From: Plasmodiophora brassicae
Taxonomy: Eukaryota
Length of the DNA stretch: 64,000 nucleotides
Assembly: GCA_036867785.1 (NCBI GenBank)
Contig: CP145410.1
Location: 248,001-312,000, forward strand
Reading direction: 5' to 3'
Shown in pieces: positions 1 through 12,580 of the stretch (its first letter is position 1; each line of letters begins with the position of its first letter). Made by a program: the position numbers and the translations under genes. The notes below the pieces were generated by a model. That model was not told the DNA's origin, did not search any database, and saw only the letters and a program-made list of their open reading frames with translations.

Positions 1-3000
1 ACATCAACGACAGCGATAACCCGATGTGGGTTTCTGCGTTCGATGACCAGGGTGGAAGCGAGAACGATGATGAGAGCAGGAGCACAGATTCTCTGCGCGA
101 TCGAAACGATGCCCTTGAGCTTCGAATGTGTGAAGGCATTGCAACGCAATCGGGGTTCCCAGATTTCTCCTCCATTCGACACGACTGTTTCATCATGCCT
201 CCCATCACCGCATGCGCATATCTTCAAATCAACAGCGACTTCAGTAATTTCGATACTGGCCGCTGTCGGGTGGACTGTGACATTCCCCGCCTGGCTCTGC
301 ATATTCGAAGCCATCAGTTCAAGGACGTTAAATCCATTGTCAGCTACCGTGCTGCATTGCAGAAACGATTATCTGCGGCAGAAATCTTGCTGCGGTTGCA
401 ATCACGCCGTCCCCAGCGTTCTGTACGGGAGAGGCCTATTGTGTGGTTTCAGTATGCTGTCCTTTCTACTATTGAGTTGATTCGGTCTCGTCGAGGTTCG
501 AGGTATGGTGAGTGTCGTTCCGGCTCTTGGAGCTGGGTAACACAACGAAACATCTGTAATGACCGTCGAGCGTATATGTCTATCTATCAACGGCGCCTAC
601 GTCGGCAAGGCAAGTCTGAATCGGCCAGGCCTCTGATTGATTCTGCAGTTGTTGCCAACGGCACTGATAATGGTTCAAGTGCGGCTGCACGATCTGCAGT
701 CGATAAGATCCTAGGGCACGTATCATCTGCTGTGGATATCATCGAGGATGACGCCGAACTCCAACGGCTCGAAGATCGGCTGCCTACGCCGCTCCTTGTC
801 CTGTTTCGATCTTTGGTGCATGAACATCATGCCGTTGAGCAGACCATCAAGCAGAAACTCGAAGTCCAGAACGCCACTGGCTACTTCTCTTGGTTGTTTA
901 CCAGTAGCCCTGGAGCTGCAGATCTCAGTGACGATCAGAAGCAAGCCATCAGGAAGGAAACCAACTTGATATCCAAAATGAACACTGGGGTAGTGCCGAC
1001 AGACTTCGAGGTACGTCAGCTCAACCTTGGGCGATGTTGGAGTACATCACTGAACGCCGTTCTAGGTGTTCCACTTGAGCTTCGAAACGGATGTTCTCTT
1101 CACTCTCTATCAAGATCGAAACGGGACCGACACCGGCGACCTGCCTTTGGCTTCGGTTGACGTCAACCTCAACGTAAAATTTATTCAGTCCCCGTCCAGT
1201 CTTCAGTGTCACCTATTTAGCAAGAGGTTTCGTGCTTCTGATTTGACGGCTCCTGAACGACAACCGCTTACAATACTGTCACTTCACCCCTCAAACCCGG
1301 ACGTTTCTTATGTCCTTCAGCTGTTTCTGGAATCATGGTCCGATCCTGGGGCACATCTTGACCTATCCCTTTCGCTCAATTTACAAACCACAAGACTCGT
1401 TTGGGATGGTCGGTTCTTCAAACGGGTGATCCGATTCCTGCACGCCAGCCACAATCGATCTGCTCGTCGATTATTTGACGCCGCTTTCTGGCAATGGACA
1501 GAAGCCCAGCAGGCTTTCTTGTTAAGCTCTTTGACCAGGCATCGTCGACGGCATCTATCGGTTTCTCTCGGTGTACTCAGTATTACAATCGTCGAGGATC
1601 ACCCAGATGTGATCGGCATAGCGTGGAGAGGCATTACCATTCGATCGGAACCCGATGGTACTGGCAATGTGACCGACCGCATTGTTGCCGACCTGGACCA
1701 AGTCCAAATCAGTTTACGCTCTTCAAATACGGTCGATGATTGGATTCTCCTGGAGCCGCTCAACGTTCATTGTGTAACCAAGCTTTCTCTACAGCTTTCG
1801 CTTCTGGATGTCGACGCCCGATTCGACCCAATTCATTTGGCATTTGATATCGATCGTTTACTGGCAGCCCTTCACATTTGCCACAGTGCGTTCATAACTG
1901 CCTTTTCGTTCTTACGACCGGACGACGCTGGTGGCAAACCGCCGTCAGGCCCGAATGTTCTTCGTCAGATAACTGCTCCCCTTTTCTCCGTCCTGTCATC
2001 CCCCATAGGCCCAGTAGAGGCACAGAGTGCTGGCCGTTTCGATAGCAAGTCGCATTTTGTCACCAATGTGTCCTTCGTGGCGGACGCCATTTCGGTACAT
2101 AGCCTTGTACTCTTACGTGCTCGGTCTCTTGCCGGAACTATTACTCCAGTTGCGTCCACCGTTTCTTGCAGGACGATCCATATTTACGATTTTGAACACA
2201 GTCGTGGTTGTGATTTCGAGCCAATTCTCTCATGCAGTGAGGAACACCAGCTACTTGCAGTGTCGTCGCGACGATCCGATGACGACGTGGAGGTTACTGT
2301 GGAACTCCACTCCGCTCGGATCCAATGGAGTCCATTCACAGCACAATGCCTTCTTGATGCGTACAGTCGTGTCATCCACAAATATTCAGAGTTGAAAACA
2401 TTACCTTCGCCATCCGCTGTCAATGTGGCACAACCTGGTCATCGTTCTATTTCGAATCGAAAGATGAATGTTGCGTTCACCGATTGCAACCTTACATTCA
2501 ACAAACGGGACCGACATCTCTGTCAGTTTTGTATTGGCGACGGGATGATCAGGTTCAACTCTTCCCCATACTCGGTGACCATGGATTTCCGAAGGTCGAC
2601 GATACGAGACACGTCAACAGCCGCTCTTTTCGCGGTTGGGCACCCTCCTTCAATCGTCACAGCGTCCCTTTTCCACTTTGACATCGACGAAGGTGACCCT
2701 GCTAGGCATTGGATGCATGTTCGTGGAACTATTACAGATTGTCATGTCGTTTTCTTCAATCGGTTCATCCAAGAATTTGTCGACTATTTCAGCAATGGTG
2801 TCGTGGGGATATGGTATGGGTTCAATCCCGATCGGGTGAGTTTTATGTTCTGGGTCTGTTCCAACAATGGTACTCATTTCGAGGTGATGTTTCAGAAAGA
2901 CCTTTGGCCCGACTACAGACCTGTCCTGCATGGTCCGTTTTGTCTCGTGGAGTTGGCATTTCCTGATCTGCGGGTTACCATTCCATCAGCCGATACGCGT

Positions 3001-6000
3001 TCTGAAACGTTTCGCGCCTACGGGATCGAACTCACTGCAGAAAACATGCTGGTCTCAAACCGAGCGTATGCTGGTGACGATGGCTGGCGCTCAGCAGAAT
3101 GGATATTCTCAATTTCTCGAGTTAGTATAACGCACGTTTCAACACGTCCGTTCGATGGGCGCGTCGCTATCACGTTTTCGACCGATTGGACGTCAACTCG
3201 GGTGCCTTGGATGGACATTGATGTTTCATTCTCGTCTATTTGTCTCAGATTGCCCGATAAGGGATCCCTTCGCTTTATAGCGCTCAGCTTCCGAGAGAAT
3301 TTTGGCGAGTCGTGGGTTCAGCCATTGTTGCTGCCTGGGGAAAACGAATCGTCGTGGTACCTTGACGATGTTCTTGCGGACCAAGCGTCCACTATTCGGG
3401 TGGGGTTCTCCACGGATCGTTTCGAGTTCGACTATCATCGGTTCAGCTTAGCATGTGGGAAAGTCGCTGGAACACTCTCGCGAAAAGCAGACTACAGTTT
3501 GATTCTCGGTATCAATTTCTTGGCATCGGAAGCTACGCTGGACGCAGCGCTGCTTTTTGGTAGTCAGGACGATGGCTTCATCTCAACTGAATGGACGATA
3601 AGCGGCGATTTTCTTAGCAATCATCTGCATGTTACAGTCAGCAACGTCGTTGTCGAGGTGTTTCCGACTATTCTTTCATCGTCATTACAGCAACTTGCGC
3701 CGAGGTCCCGACGCTCTGACGACTGGTCTTGGACTCCATACGTGTCCTCACAACTGCCTGTCCGCCCTATTGGCGTCAACAGCCTTCTGAAAACGGCAAA
3801 CGCGAGTCGAGAACAAATCATTTCTGTCGAATTTGTGAGCTCTATGGGGGATGTCCTTTCGCTTCAGATCAATGTGGCTGTTGTCGCTATTGCTGCTGCA
3901 CAGTGTCTGCTAACTAATCGCGAATTTGGTGAACCCCAGTTTGGCCGTGACGCCGATCAACTTCTAGACCAGTGCAACCTGTGGAGGTTCTTTGATCTGC
4001 CGAGTATTCTTCCAATCTTGCAAGGATCGTCAAGTGATTCACTGGTTCGTCTGCTGCGGCGTGCCTCGGAGAACTCAATACCCGATTCCAAGAGGACTGA
4101 CTTCGAGTTCGGCAAAATTACGCTCGATGAACTCTTGAGCTTTGTTGACGACAGATCCGTTGGTTTGATTATATTTCTTCTGCGACATCATTTGGTTATG
4201 GACTGTGCCGCTTCGAAATGCCCATTCCCCTGGCCGATATCCTTTGTCAGTCGTCTAGCTGATCACTGGTCCAAGGGAACATGGCCTCTTCGTTGCTTTT
4301 GTCGACCATCCAACAGCCAAGACCTTGACGACGACCCACTTGCAACTGCCCTTGACTGGTCTCTGTCCACCCGCCGTCTCCAAGACTTTCACGTCCCCTT
4401 GACTACCTCAACCCCTGGATTAGACCTCAGCCTGCCGCATCTTTTCGTCAGTGTCCTTCGCGAGATCCAAACTCGTCATGAGAGTAATCGGAGCTTTCTC
4501 GCGTTAATACCCACAAAGGCAGAAGCGGTGACCAGTCTGACGGATGTTGTCGATTTGGTTTCCTGCAATCAAGTGTCCTCACCTCAAACGTCAGTCCGTG
4601 ATCTTGTCTCTGTAATATTGGTCTGTGCAATGTGTCGATCTAGTCCTATTCTTCCCCTGGGACACGGTCGCGAAATGCATTTCGAGACGGTTCTTCCAGG
4701 TATATCTCGTTTGTCACGACACATTTTCTTCGGCTTGGCATATCTCATCACTGCATGCTGCTCTAGCGGAGAAATCGTTCCGGCCTGCCTGAGGATATGC
4801 GAGTACCTTGAATGGAACGAATCTAGTTGCCACGCTATGTCAGCGTGCTTGGCCCGCCTTTGCCAGCAGATGTCGTCTTCAGATCCTACTTCTGTAACCG
4901 CATTAATGCATGATCTTGGTCCACCGCCGAAAGCTACCGTCGCGAGCAAAGCTTTATCTGCGATCGTTGTCACTGCCAACAGTCTTTGCTTCAACATTTC
5001 TCTTTCGCATGATTCCGATTTCTGCCTCAAGCTCGTCAGCTCGTTCGACTTTTCGCACTCTAAGCTTGACAATGCGGATCCTGTTATTACTCTCGGCATT
5101 GAACGTGTCCAACTGTTAAGGTGTAATAGGGGCAGCACGGGACCATGGATTGGTATATACCAGGTTATCTCTGCGGATACCGGCTCAGATGGTGTTGGGT
5201 GTCCTTTGAAGTTAGAACTTGCGTCCCAGTCATCGGAAGGTCGTCCTGGAATGAATATTAACGCTCGTCTGGGATGGGTATACTTTTACCTGTCTCTAAA
5301 CGATTTGAAACACGCCGGTCAATTGTACGAGGCATTCTGTGCAGAGTTCAACCGGATACCTCGTTCTCGTGCCCCAACAACTCGATCGATTTACAGCATC
5401 GACGCCTCCATGAAGTTAGCATCGTTCAGTTTCTGTAATCCGAACGGGCGCGTCAATGCTGAAGGCGTTCGGGATTCAGTATTCTGCTTCACGACGACGG
5501 TACAGTCAGCGACAATTATCGCCTCCCAAGACAATTCTGTCGCAGTTCAGTGTTCTCCGCTTATTAGTTGCAGTTTCATGCATCCAAAACTCGCGGTACG
5601 CGAGCCAGTGCTTGAACCCGTGAGGCTGGCTCTTTCTTTGACATACCGGCATGTTGAGCGGCTTCCTCCTACTCGTGATCTTAACTCGAGTCGATCTCTC
5701 TCGCCAATGGTTACGGATTTCTCAGTCGGGGCGAAAGGACATTTGTCAAGCACGAAGGATGTTGTTATTCTGGTTACGGATGCGGTTCGGTTGAATATAT
5801 CACCAGAAACTGTGTCCAGTGCCTCTCGAGTTTTCCATTCTGCAAGCTCCTCCCAGCCCTTAGAAGGCAGCCCAAAGAAAGGTTCCGTGTTCATGCTGCA
5901 CAATTTAACTGGGTACGTAATTCCTCATCTATCGCCGCCCCCATGTATTAGCTCAACAACTATTCCAGGTGGACAATTTCGTGGTCAGCAGGAGAAGACT

Positions 6001-9000
6001 CTGGTCAGGTCGACAATGCTGTATGCGTTTCACTGTTCACCCTTGGTAAGGTGATTGTTTGGATGCTTTGCTTTACCCAGACCTTATGATCCTCTTTACA
6101 GGCCCTGATCCATGGGAACCGAGACACGCTCTCTCGTTGTCGTTCGGTGACCGGTGGCGTACAATTAATGATGCGTTTGTTGGCACAATTGGGTCATTTC
6201 TGTTTCCATTGATTCCCCATCCTCCCGTTACTGCGGAAAACGCGTACCGTTTACCGCACGATGGACTGGTTCTTCAAAGCATCATTGAGGATGGGCATAC
6301 CCTTCTCGTCGCTCATTCTTCCATCGGTTATGCAAATTGTTCTACTCGGTGCCTCCGAATCGAAGTCGTCGACTCGTTGGATTCCGGTACTCGTAATTCA
6401 GTGAAGTTCGACCTTGAACCTCGTCAAAGACAGTGGGTCCCACTGTTTGCCTCCGCCTGGGATTCGTTCTCGATTTCAGTCGTGGATCAAGACGGTAATT
6501 CTCGTCGCATTGTTGAGCTGTCCCATTCTGGCCTGCGAAGAGATCTACATAGCGAATATCTCGTTAAGGTGTCCAATTGCAGCTTCCTGTTTATATGTGC
6601 GGCTAGTGGAGGCGAATGGCCCGGAAAGCTGACAATCACTGTCCGCGCTCCTCTGGAGGTTTCCAACTTGCTTGCGTATCCGGTTCAGGTCCGTTTCAAC
6701 CAGAACGTTGACACCATATATTCAGTGATGGATGGGGACCACCGTCAGATCGACTCTGTAGACGTAAGCGCCTCAGCAATTATGTTTTTCTCGATGCCTG
6801 GATTCAGTTGGTCCAATCCGATTGATATCTTCGAAAAGCGCGGTAAACGCTCGAATGCGTTTAGTAGCGAGGTTGTCGCCATTCGGGACGCCATTTCCTC
6901 TCTTCATGTTGTCGTGACGGTTACACGAAATCTTTCCGATGATGCTCTTGATGGTCGGGCATTGTACCACGTCACTCTACATGCACAGCTCTGGCTTGTC
7001 AACAACGTCCCTGGAACAGACCTATTCTTCGGTTCTGCGAAATTTGAATCGCTGCCTGGTCAAGACTGGGGAGAGGTTTGTTTTTTTATCGATGCCGTTT
7101 CCAAGGTTCTCTCTCCTAATTGACGTGTGTGTGTATAGGTTACGGAAATCGTTCTCGAAAACCAAAGGTACGTCTTCAGGTCAGTGCTGCGCGAGATGAC
7201 ATATTTACGCACTGTACTGAAGGTGGTATCCCGGAAAGAAGTGGTCCTCGAAACTACTCCCAGGTGACCGTCCGTCTTGGAGTGACGAAGAAGGCAATCC
7301 ACGGAAAAAGGGGACTATATCGCTTCCTGGTCCAGGATGGTCATGGGTTGATGAAGACTGGCAGATCAGTATTCATGAAGGCACAGATCCGGAGGGCTGG
7401 ATGTATGCGAAATCATTCAAGAGCAGGTTTCGTCCTGAAAATCGCCCCCGGCATCTCGTTCGATGCCGTAAGCATACGCGGACTCGAGCGTTCAATACTC
7501 TCCATCGGTCCTCTGGATCCTCTATTTGTATGTTCTCGGCGCCGAGTAAGAAGACTACGCTAGGCAAACGGCAATCGCAGTCTTGTGTTACTGTCAAAAC
7601 TGCAACGTCGTCTTGGAGTACACCGATGAATCTTCTGCATGGCACCGATACTCGAACAGTGTCGCTTCGAAATCCGCAGGGCGGTACAGTCGTTGATCTT
7701 GGGATCAACATTTCAGCCGCGCACAGCCCGTTCGATAACACGTGGGTCGCGTGCTTTATACCGCGATATATTGTTCACAATTCTTTCGATGCCGACCATG
7801 CTACCGTCTATATTCATCAGTTCTCTTCATATGTTCCCGATAACCTTTGCACTGTCAATCCACGGAGGCAGCAAGCGTTCTTCTTTCGCGAGCCCTCTGA
7901 CCATCTGCGCCGGCGCAAAGGAATTGAAACGCTAATCCGGGTTGGTGTGCGCTTCACTGCCAACCCTGATGATGGCGAAGCCGTGTTCTGGACATCGGAG
8001 TTCGATATCAACACAGTTGGCCTACATGTCGTCCTCGTCAAGAATTCGTACGGCTCGCGACACGTTGTCCAGATTCAAGTCTCCTTGGACCGGGCTTCCG
8101 TGATTCTCTTCATTGGCGAGACCGATACGTCGCGTCCCCGCTACCTTGTCCGGAATGAACTTCCAACCCCGGTCTGCGTGTACCAATCCACGTCGTCGTC
8201 ATGTAGCACGAAATGTAAGCACTACGCCTCTAACACTCGATGTGTACAATGCTGACTCCCTGCCTCTGCAGTTGACATTGCTGGAAAGTCTTCCTGCCAA
8301 GATTTCGCCTGGGATTTCTTATCAGTGCCCGATCGGCTTCTTACTATTACCATGGACGGCGTTTCGAAAGAGGTTGAAATCGATCGACTTGGGACGGTCG
8401 GCAAGATCTCTGCCGATGCGTTTGTCACTGTCTTCGCTGACGGTGTGACCAACGTACTTCTCGTCACGGCCAGCGAACGTCGCGCTCGTCGCCTGGCCCA
8501 AATCTTTGACAACAACGACGACGGAAGCGAATTCAGCGGGAGCAGCGGCTCGCCAGAAGCGTCAGACTGCACATTTCGATTCAATGCTCGTGTTGACGAT
8601 GTGGGCCTGTCGCTGATCGCCAGCGACAGGAGCGAGCTCATGTTTGCCAGTGTCCGGTCGATCGAAATCATTATGGCCGAGCTATCGTCCATCTCCAAAT
8701 TCGACCTCAGCTGTGACAGCATCCAGGTCGACAACCAGTTGTTTGTGGATCGAACCGTGTCACCGCCGTATCACTTCCCGATTGTGCTGCGCAGTCGCTG
8801 CGTCGATGAACAGCCATTCTTCTGGATCCACACCGTTCGATCTTACCATACGCCCCACATGCGTTACTATAAGGTGTTCAGCGTCGCGATGGAGCCATTC
8901 TCGATATTTCTAGAGGAAAGATACATTGTGGACATGCTTTCGTTCGCGTATTCGATTCAGAATGCGCTGGGCATGGACGAGCGGGACCGATTCAAGCCAG

Positions 9001-10512
9001 TTCGAGCTCGGGAATGTCTTGGACAATGGGTCGCAGACGTTGCTGAGGCCGAGCCGTTTAAAGTTGGCGAGCTTCTGTACTTCGAAGTCCTTCGTACTCC
9101 AACGGTCAAGTTTAACCTATCGTTCAAGAAATCGCCACAATCGCTTGTTCATTCATATTTGCGCGACGAAGGACTCTCCATGGGTTTGTCTCAGCTTGCC
9201 GGCGTTCTCCTGACGAATCTCGAGGCCAAACCTATTCGTCGCACTGGTCATGTGTATGCACACCTTTGTGACCGAGCGGGGTCGTTGCGGGCGAAGCTCG
9301 TGGCAGACTACAAAGGATCAATCGTGCTGGAGTTCATTGGATCATTCGGCTACAATGTAGCTGCCCTTGGCGGTGTCGTTCCGATCTGGTCCTGCCTTCG
9401 CGAAGGCGTTCGAGATTTCCGCAAGGAGATTGCCGGCAGTCTGCGCCATGGCAACGTGCGTCGAGGCCTGGCAAGGGGGACGTTCAGCCTAATTGACCAC
9501 ACCGCAAGGGGACTGATGATGCCCGTGGTGGGATTGTCAACAGGCCTGGGAGACGCATTTACAGGTTCGTGCACGTACCACCTCGGTATGGTAGTGAACC
9601 CGTCTGACCCTGTTTCGTGCAGCACTGACGTTCGACCCCGAGTTCGGGTCTCGTCGGGCGGCGGAGGTTGCCAGGAAACCGCAGCACGTTATCGATGGTT
9701 TGCTTCGAGGCGGTCGTAGTGCCGCTATGGGCGTGTTCAATGGCTTCACGGCCATCGTTCGGCAACCTGTTATCGGGTTTCGCCAACGCCATGATGCCAT
9801 CGGGCTTGCGAAAGGCGTCGGGAAAGGCGTTGTCCAAGCAGTTGCTGCGCCTGTTGTCGGTGTGTTCGACGCGATCAACCACATTGGGACTGGGATTGCC
9901 CAGACACCGCGCTACTTGCGCCGGGACTCGTCACTCGAACGCACCGTCGGCCGGATGCGCCTTCCCAGAGCGTTCTACGGGCAGGCGAAGGCCATCCGGC
10001 CATACCTTCTGGTGGATGCCGTCATCGTGGAGGCCTTACGCACGGCTGATCCGCCTATCGATGGGCCACTGTACTACGTGTTGCCTGCCCGCCCCGGACA
10101 GGGCGCCCTTGTTTACGCCATTGTCAATCGTGGCATTGTGGCGGTCAACGCCCCCGTTCACCGGAACCGTCCTCGGTTGCTCTGGTTCCAATCCTGGAGC
10201 AGCATCCGTGTCATCGAGCTGGACCCGCAGACGGACACGATCAAGGTCCACGTCATCACACACAGCGAACGCAATTCCTACCGCCGCCTGTGCCTGGAGG
10301 ATGTTCCATCCGCCTACGAGTCCTTGACGAAAATGCACCGTCGGCACCTGTCCACTCTTCGCGTCCGCAGAATCGCCGCCGGCCAACGCTCGCCCGAGCT
10401 GTCCACATCCACGTCGCAGAACCTCGCTCGCGGCATGAGCGGAAGTACGATCCCGCAATCCGCCGCTGATAGCCTGCCTGTGCCGGAAACCTCTACCCAC
10501 AACGATAACTGA
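1..10512 (+). CDS. VPS13: VPS13-family bridge-like lipid transfer protein; 5' end lies upstream of the window; multi-exon
   Basis: N-terminal VPS13-type segment (WFQYAV...WSW...RRAYMSIY...LQRLEDRL), long beta-rich middle, VAB/SHR-BD-like repeats (PRYIVHN, PRYLVRNE, FAWD), 'IQVDNQL', spliced 'LTFDPEF..RR', glycine-rich 'GLAKGVGKGVVQAVAAPVVGVFD' and 'RMRLPRAFYG..IRPY' C-terminus. GT-AG introns joining the ORFs in frame: 1011-1065, 5913-5968, 6046-6101, 7076-7138, 7168-7222, 8215-8271, 9565-9622, plus a probable in-frame intron at 2836-2895. Confidence 0.9.
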
Positions 10513-10883
10513 TATATATTCGCGCTAAAATCATACCGCTCGTTTCACAGCGACGCACTCGTTACTCTGCTGGATTCGCGAAGATCGTGATGCGGCAGTA
10601 CGCGTTGCCCGATCGCGAACGCCGGCGCGTGAGGGGCGGCGCGCGACGAATGTAGGTAGGCTCGTCTGGAGCCCTGCCGGTGCGTTCCAGAAAAGTGTCG
10701 GGGACAGTGCGTGGCGGCGCCTGGCGAGATCCGCGTGTGCCCAATCCTTTTTTGGCGGTGAGTATCGTGGAGGGGCGCAGCCGCCGCCGCCGCCGCCCGG
10801 GCCAGGCCAGTTCTCAAATCGGTCGAGCCGCGGACGTCGCGCGTGGGTGCCACGCACGCACACACGGTTACGGCCGTCACGCC

Positions 10884-12437
10884 ATGGTGACCATCAACAT
10901 CAAGAGCACGAGCGGGGAAAAATCGCTCGTCCCCGCCGACCTGTCGTCGACGGTCGCCGACTTCAAGGCGGTCGTCGAGGAGAAGACGACGGTGCCCGCC
11001 GCCCAGCAGCGCCTCATCTTCAAAGGCCACGTCCTGCAGGACGCCAGGACGCTCGAAAGCTATTCCATCGAGGACGGGAACACGGTTATCCTCGTCAAAG
11101 CCGCCCGGAAGCCGGACGCATCGTCGGCGCCGTCCGCAGCGGCGCCCGCCGCGGCCGCGTCGCCGGCCGCCGCCCCGGCACCGGCGACTGGTCAGGCGCC
11201 CGCGGCCGCGAACCCGTTCGCCGCCATGCTCGGCGGCGCGGGCGCGTTTGGCGCCGGGCCCGCCGCGCCGTTCGACATGGCGCAGATGCAGCAGCAGCTG
11301 CTGTCGAACCCGGAGATGATGCAGCAGATCATGCAGTCGCCGATGATGCAGTCGCTGATGGACAACCCGGAGCTGATCCAGAGCATGTTCCAGAGCAACC
11401 CGCAGTTCCGGGAGATCATCGACCGGAACCCGGAGCTGGCCCACGTCCTGAACGACCCGGCCATCATCCGCCAGTCGATGCAGATGGCGGCGAACCCGAA
11501 CCTGATGCGCGAGATGATGCGCAACACGGACCGGGCCATGACGAACATCGAGGCGCACCCGGAGGGGTTCAACGCCCTCAGGCGCATGTACGAGAACATC
11601 CAGGAGCCCATGATGGAGGCGGCGACCGACATCGGCCGACCGCAGCAGACGTCGTCGTCAGCAGCAGCCGCGACGACGTCGAACGCGCCGGTGCCGTCGT
11701 CGCCGAGCGCGGCACCGCTGCCGAACCCATGGGCGCAGTCGACGAACAACAACCGGCAGCAGGCGCCTGCGCCGGACCTGAACGCCCTGCTCGGGATGAT
11801 GGGCGGGCAGCCGCCCCAGCAGGCGACGGCACCCGCGCCGGCGTCGTCGGTCGCGAACCCGTTCATGGGCGGCATGTCGCCCGATGTCATGATGCAGATG
11901 ATGCAGAACCCGTTCGTCCAGCAGATGATGCAGCAGATGATGGCGGACCCGGTCCGGCTGCAGGAGATGCTGAGCGCCAACCCGCAGACCAGGCAGATGC
12001 TGGAGTCGAACCCGCAGATGCAGGCGGCGCTGTCGAACCCGGCCGTCCTGCAGGCGATGGCGAACCCGGCCATGATCCAGGGCGTGCTGCAGATGATGAG
12101 CGCCACCCAGCAGCAGCAGCAGCCGTCTGCTGCACAACCATCTGCATCTGGGCCTGCTGCCGCTGCTGCTGCGCCTCCGGTGAACCCGTTCGCGAACCTG
12201 TCCGCGTTGATGGCCGCCCAGCAAGCCATGGGCGGGTTCCCCGGTGCCCAGCAAGCCATGGGCGGGTTCCCTGGAGCCCAGGCGCCGGCGCCCTCGCTCC
12301 AGCCGGAGATCCTGTACCGCCAGCAACTGTCCCAGCTGAGCGACATGGGGTTCCCGGACCCGGCCGCCAACCTGAGAGCCTTGGTGGCCACCGGCGGCAA
12401 CGTCCAGGCCGCCATTGAGCGATTGCTCCAGGGTTAG
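10884..12437 (+). CDS. DSK2: Ubiquilin/DSK2 (UBL, STI1 repeats, UBA), intronless
   Basis: N-terminal ubiquitin-like domain (MVTINIKST...QQRLIFKGHVLQD), Met/Gln-rich STI1 repeats (NPEMMQQIM, REMMRNTDRAMTNIEAHPEGFNALRRMY), C-terminal UBA (YRQQLSQLSDMGF...NLRALVATGGNVQAAIERLL). ATG at 10884 inside ORF 10680..12437. Confidence 0.96.
   Translation: MVTINIKSTSGEKSLVPADLSSTVADFKAVVEEKTTVPAAQQRLIFKGHVLQDARTLESYSIEDGNTVILVKAARKPDASSAPSAAAPAAAASPAAAPAPATGQAPAAANPFAAMLGGAGAFGAGPAAPFDMAQMQQQLLSNPEMMQQIMQSPMMQSLMDNPELIQSMFQSNPQFREIIDRNPELAHVLNDPAIIRQSMQMAANPNLMREMMRNTDRAMTNIEAHPEGFNALRRMYENIQEPMMEAATDIGRPQQTSSSAAAATTSNAPVPSSPSAAPLPNPWAQSTNNNRQQAPAPDLNALLGMMGGQPPQQATAPAPASSVANPFMGGMSPDVMMQMMQNPFVQQMMQQMMADPVRLQEMLSANPQTRQMLESNPQMQAALSNPAVLQAMANPAMIQGVLQMMSATQQQQQPSAAQPSASGPAAAAAAPPVNPFANLSALMAAQQAMGGFPGAQQAMGGFPGAQAPAPSLQPEILYRQQLSQLSDMGFPDPAANLRALVATGGNVQAAIERLLQG
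12216..12280 (+). repeat. 30-bp in-frame tandem duplication encoding (AQQAMGGFPG)x2 in ubiquilin
   Basis: gcccagcaagccatgggcgggttccc(cggt/tgga) at 12216-12245 and 12246-12275, followed by a partial third unit gccca. Confidence 0.9.
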
Positions 12438-12502
12438 ACCAACGGTGCACCCTCCTGCCCCCCTAAGCGCATACGACCTGCCGTCATGCCGAACCTACGT
12501 CG

Positions 12503-12524
12503 TCTCTCTCTCTCTCTCTCTCTC
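12503..12524. repeat. (TC)11 microsatellite between convergent 3' ends
   Basis: Eleven perfect TC units read directly from the sequence. Confidence 0.95.
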
Positions 12525-12580
12525 TGCGATATAAACAACAACTGGCAGTCCTTCACATGGTGGGGGGCAACGTCCCCGCC

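Noticed and set aside
10545..12450. Long overlapping ORFs (523 aa +, 407 aa -, 337 aa -) over ubiquilin
   Set aside because: Shadow ORFs caused by extreme GC3. Their translations are low-complexity Arg/Gly/Ala or antisense mirror images with no motifs.
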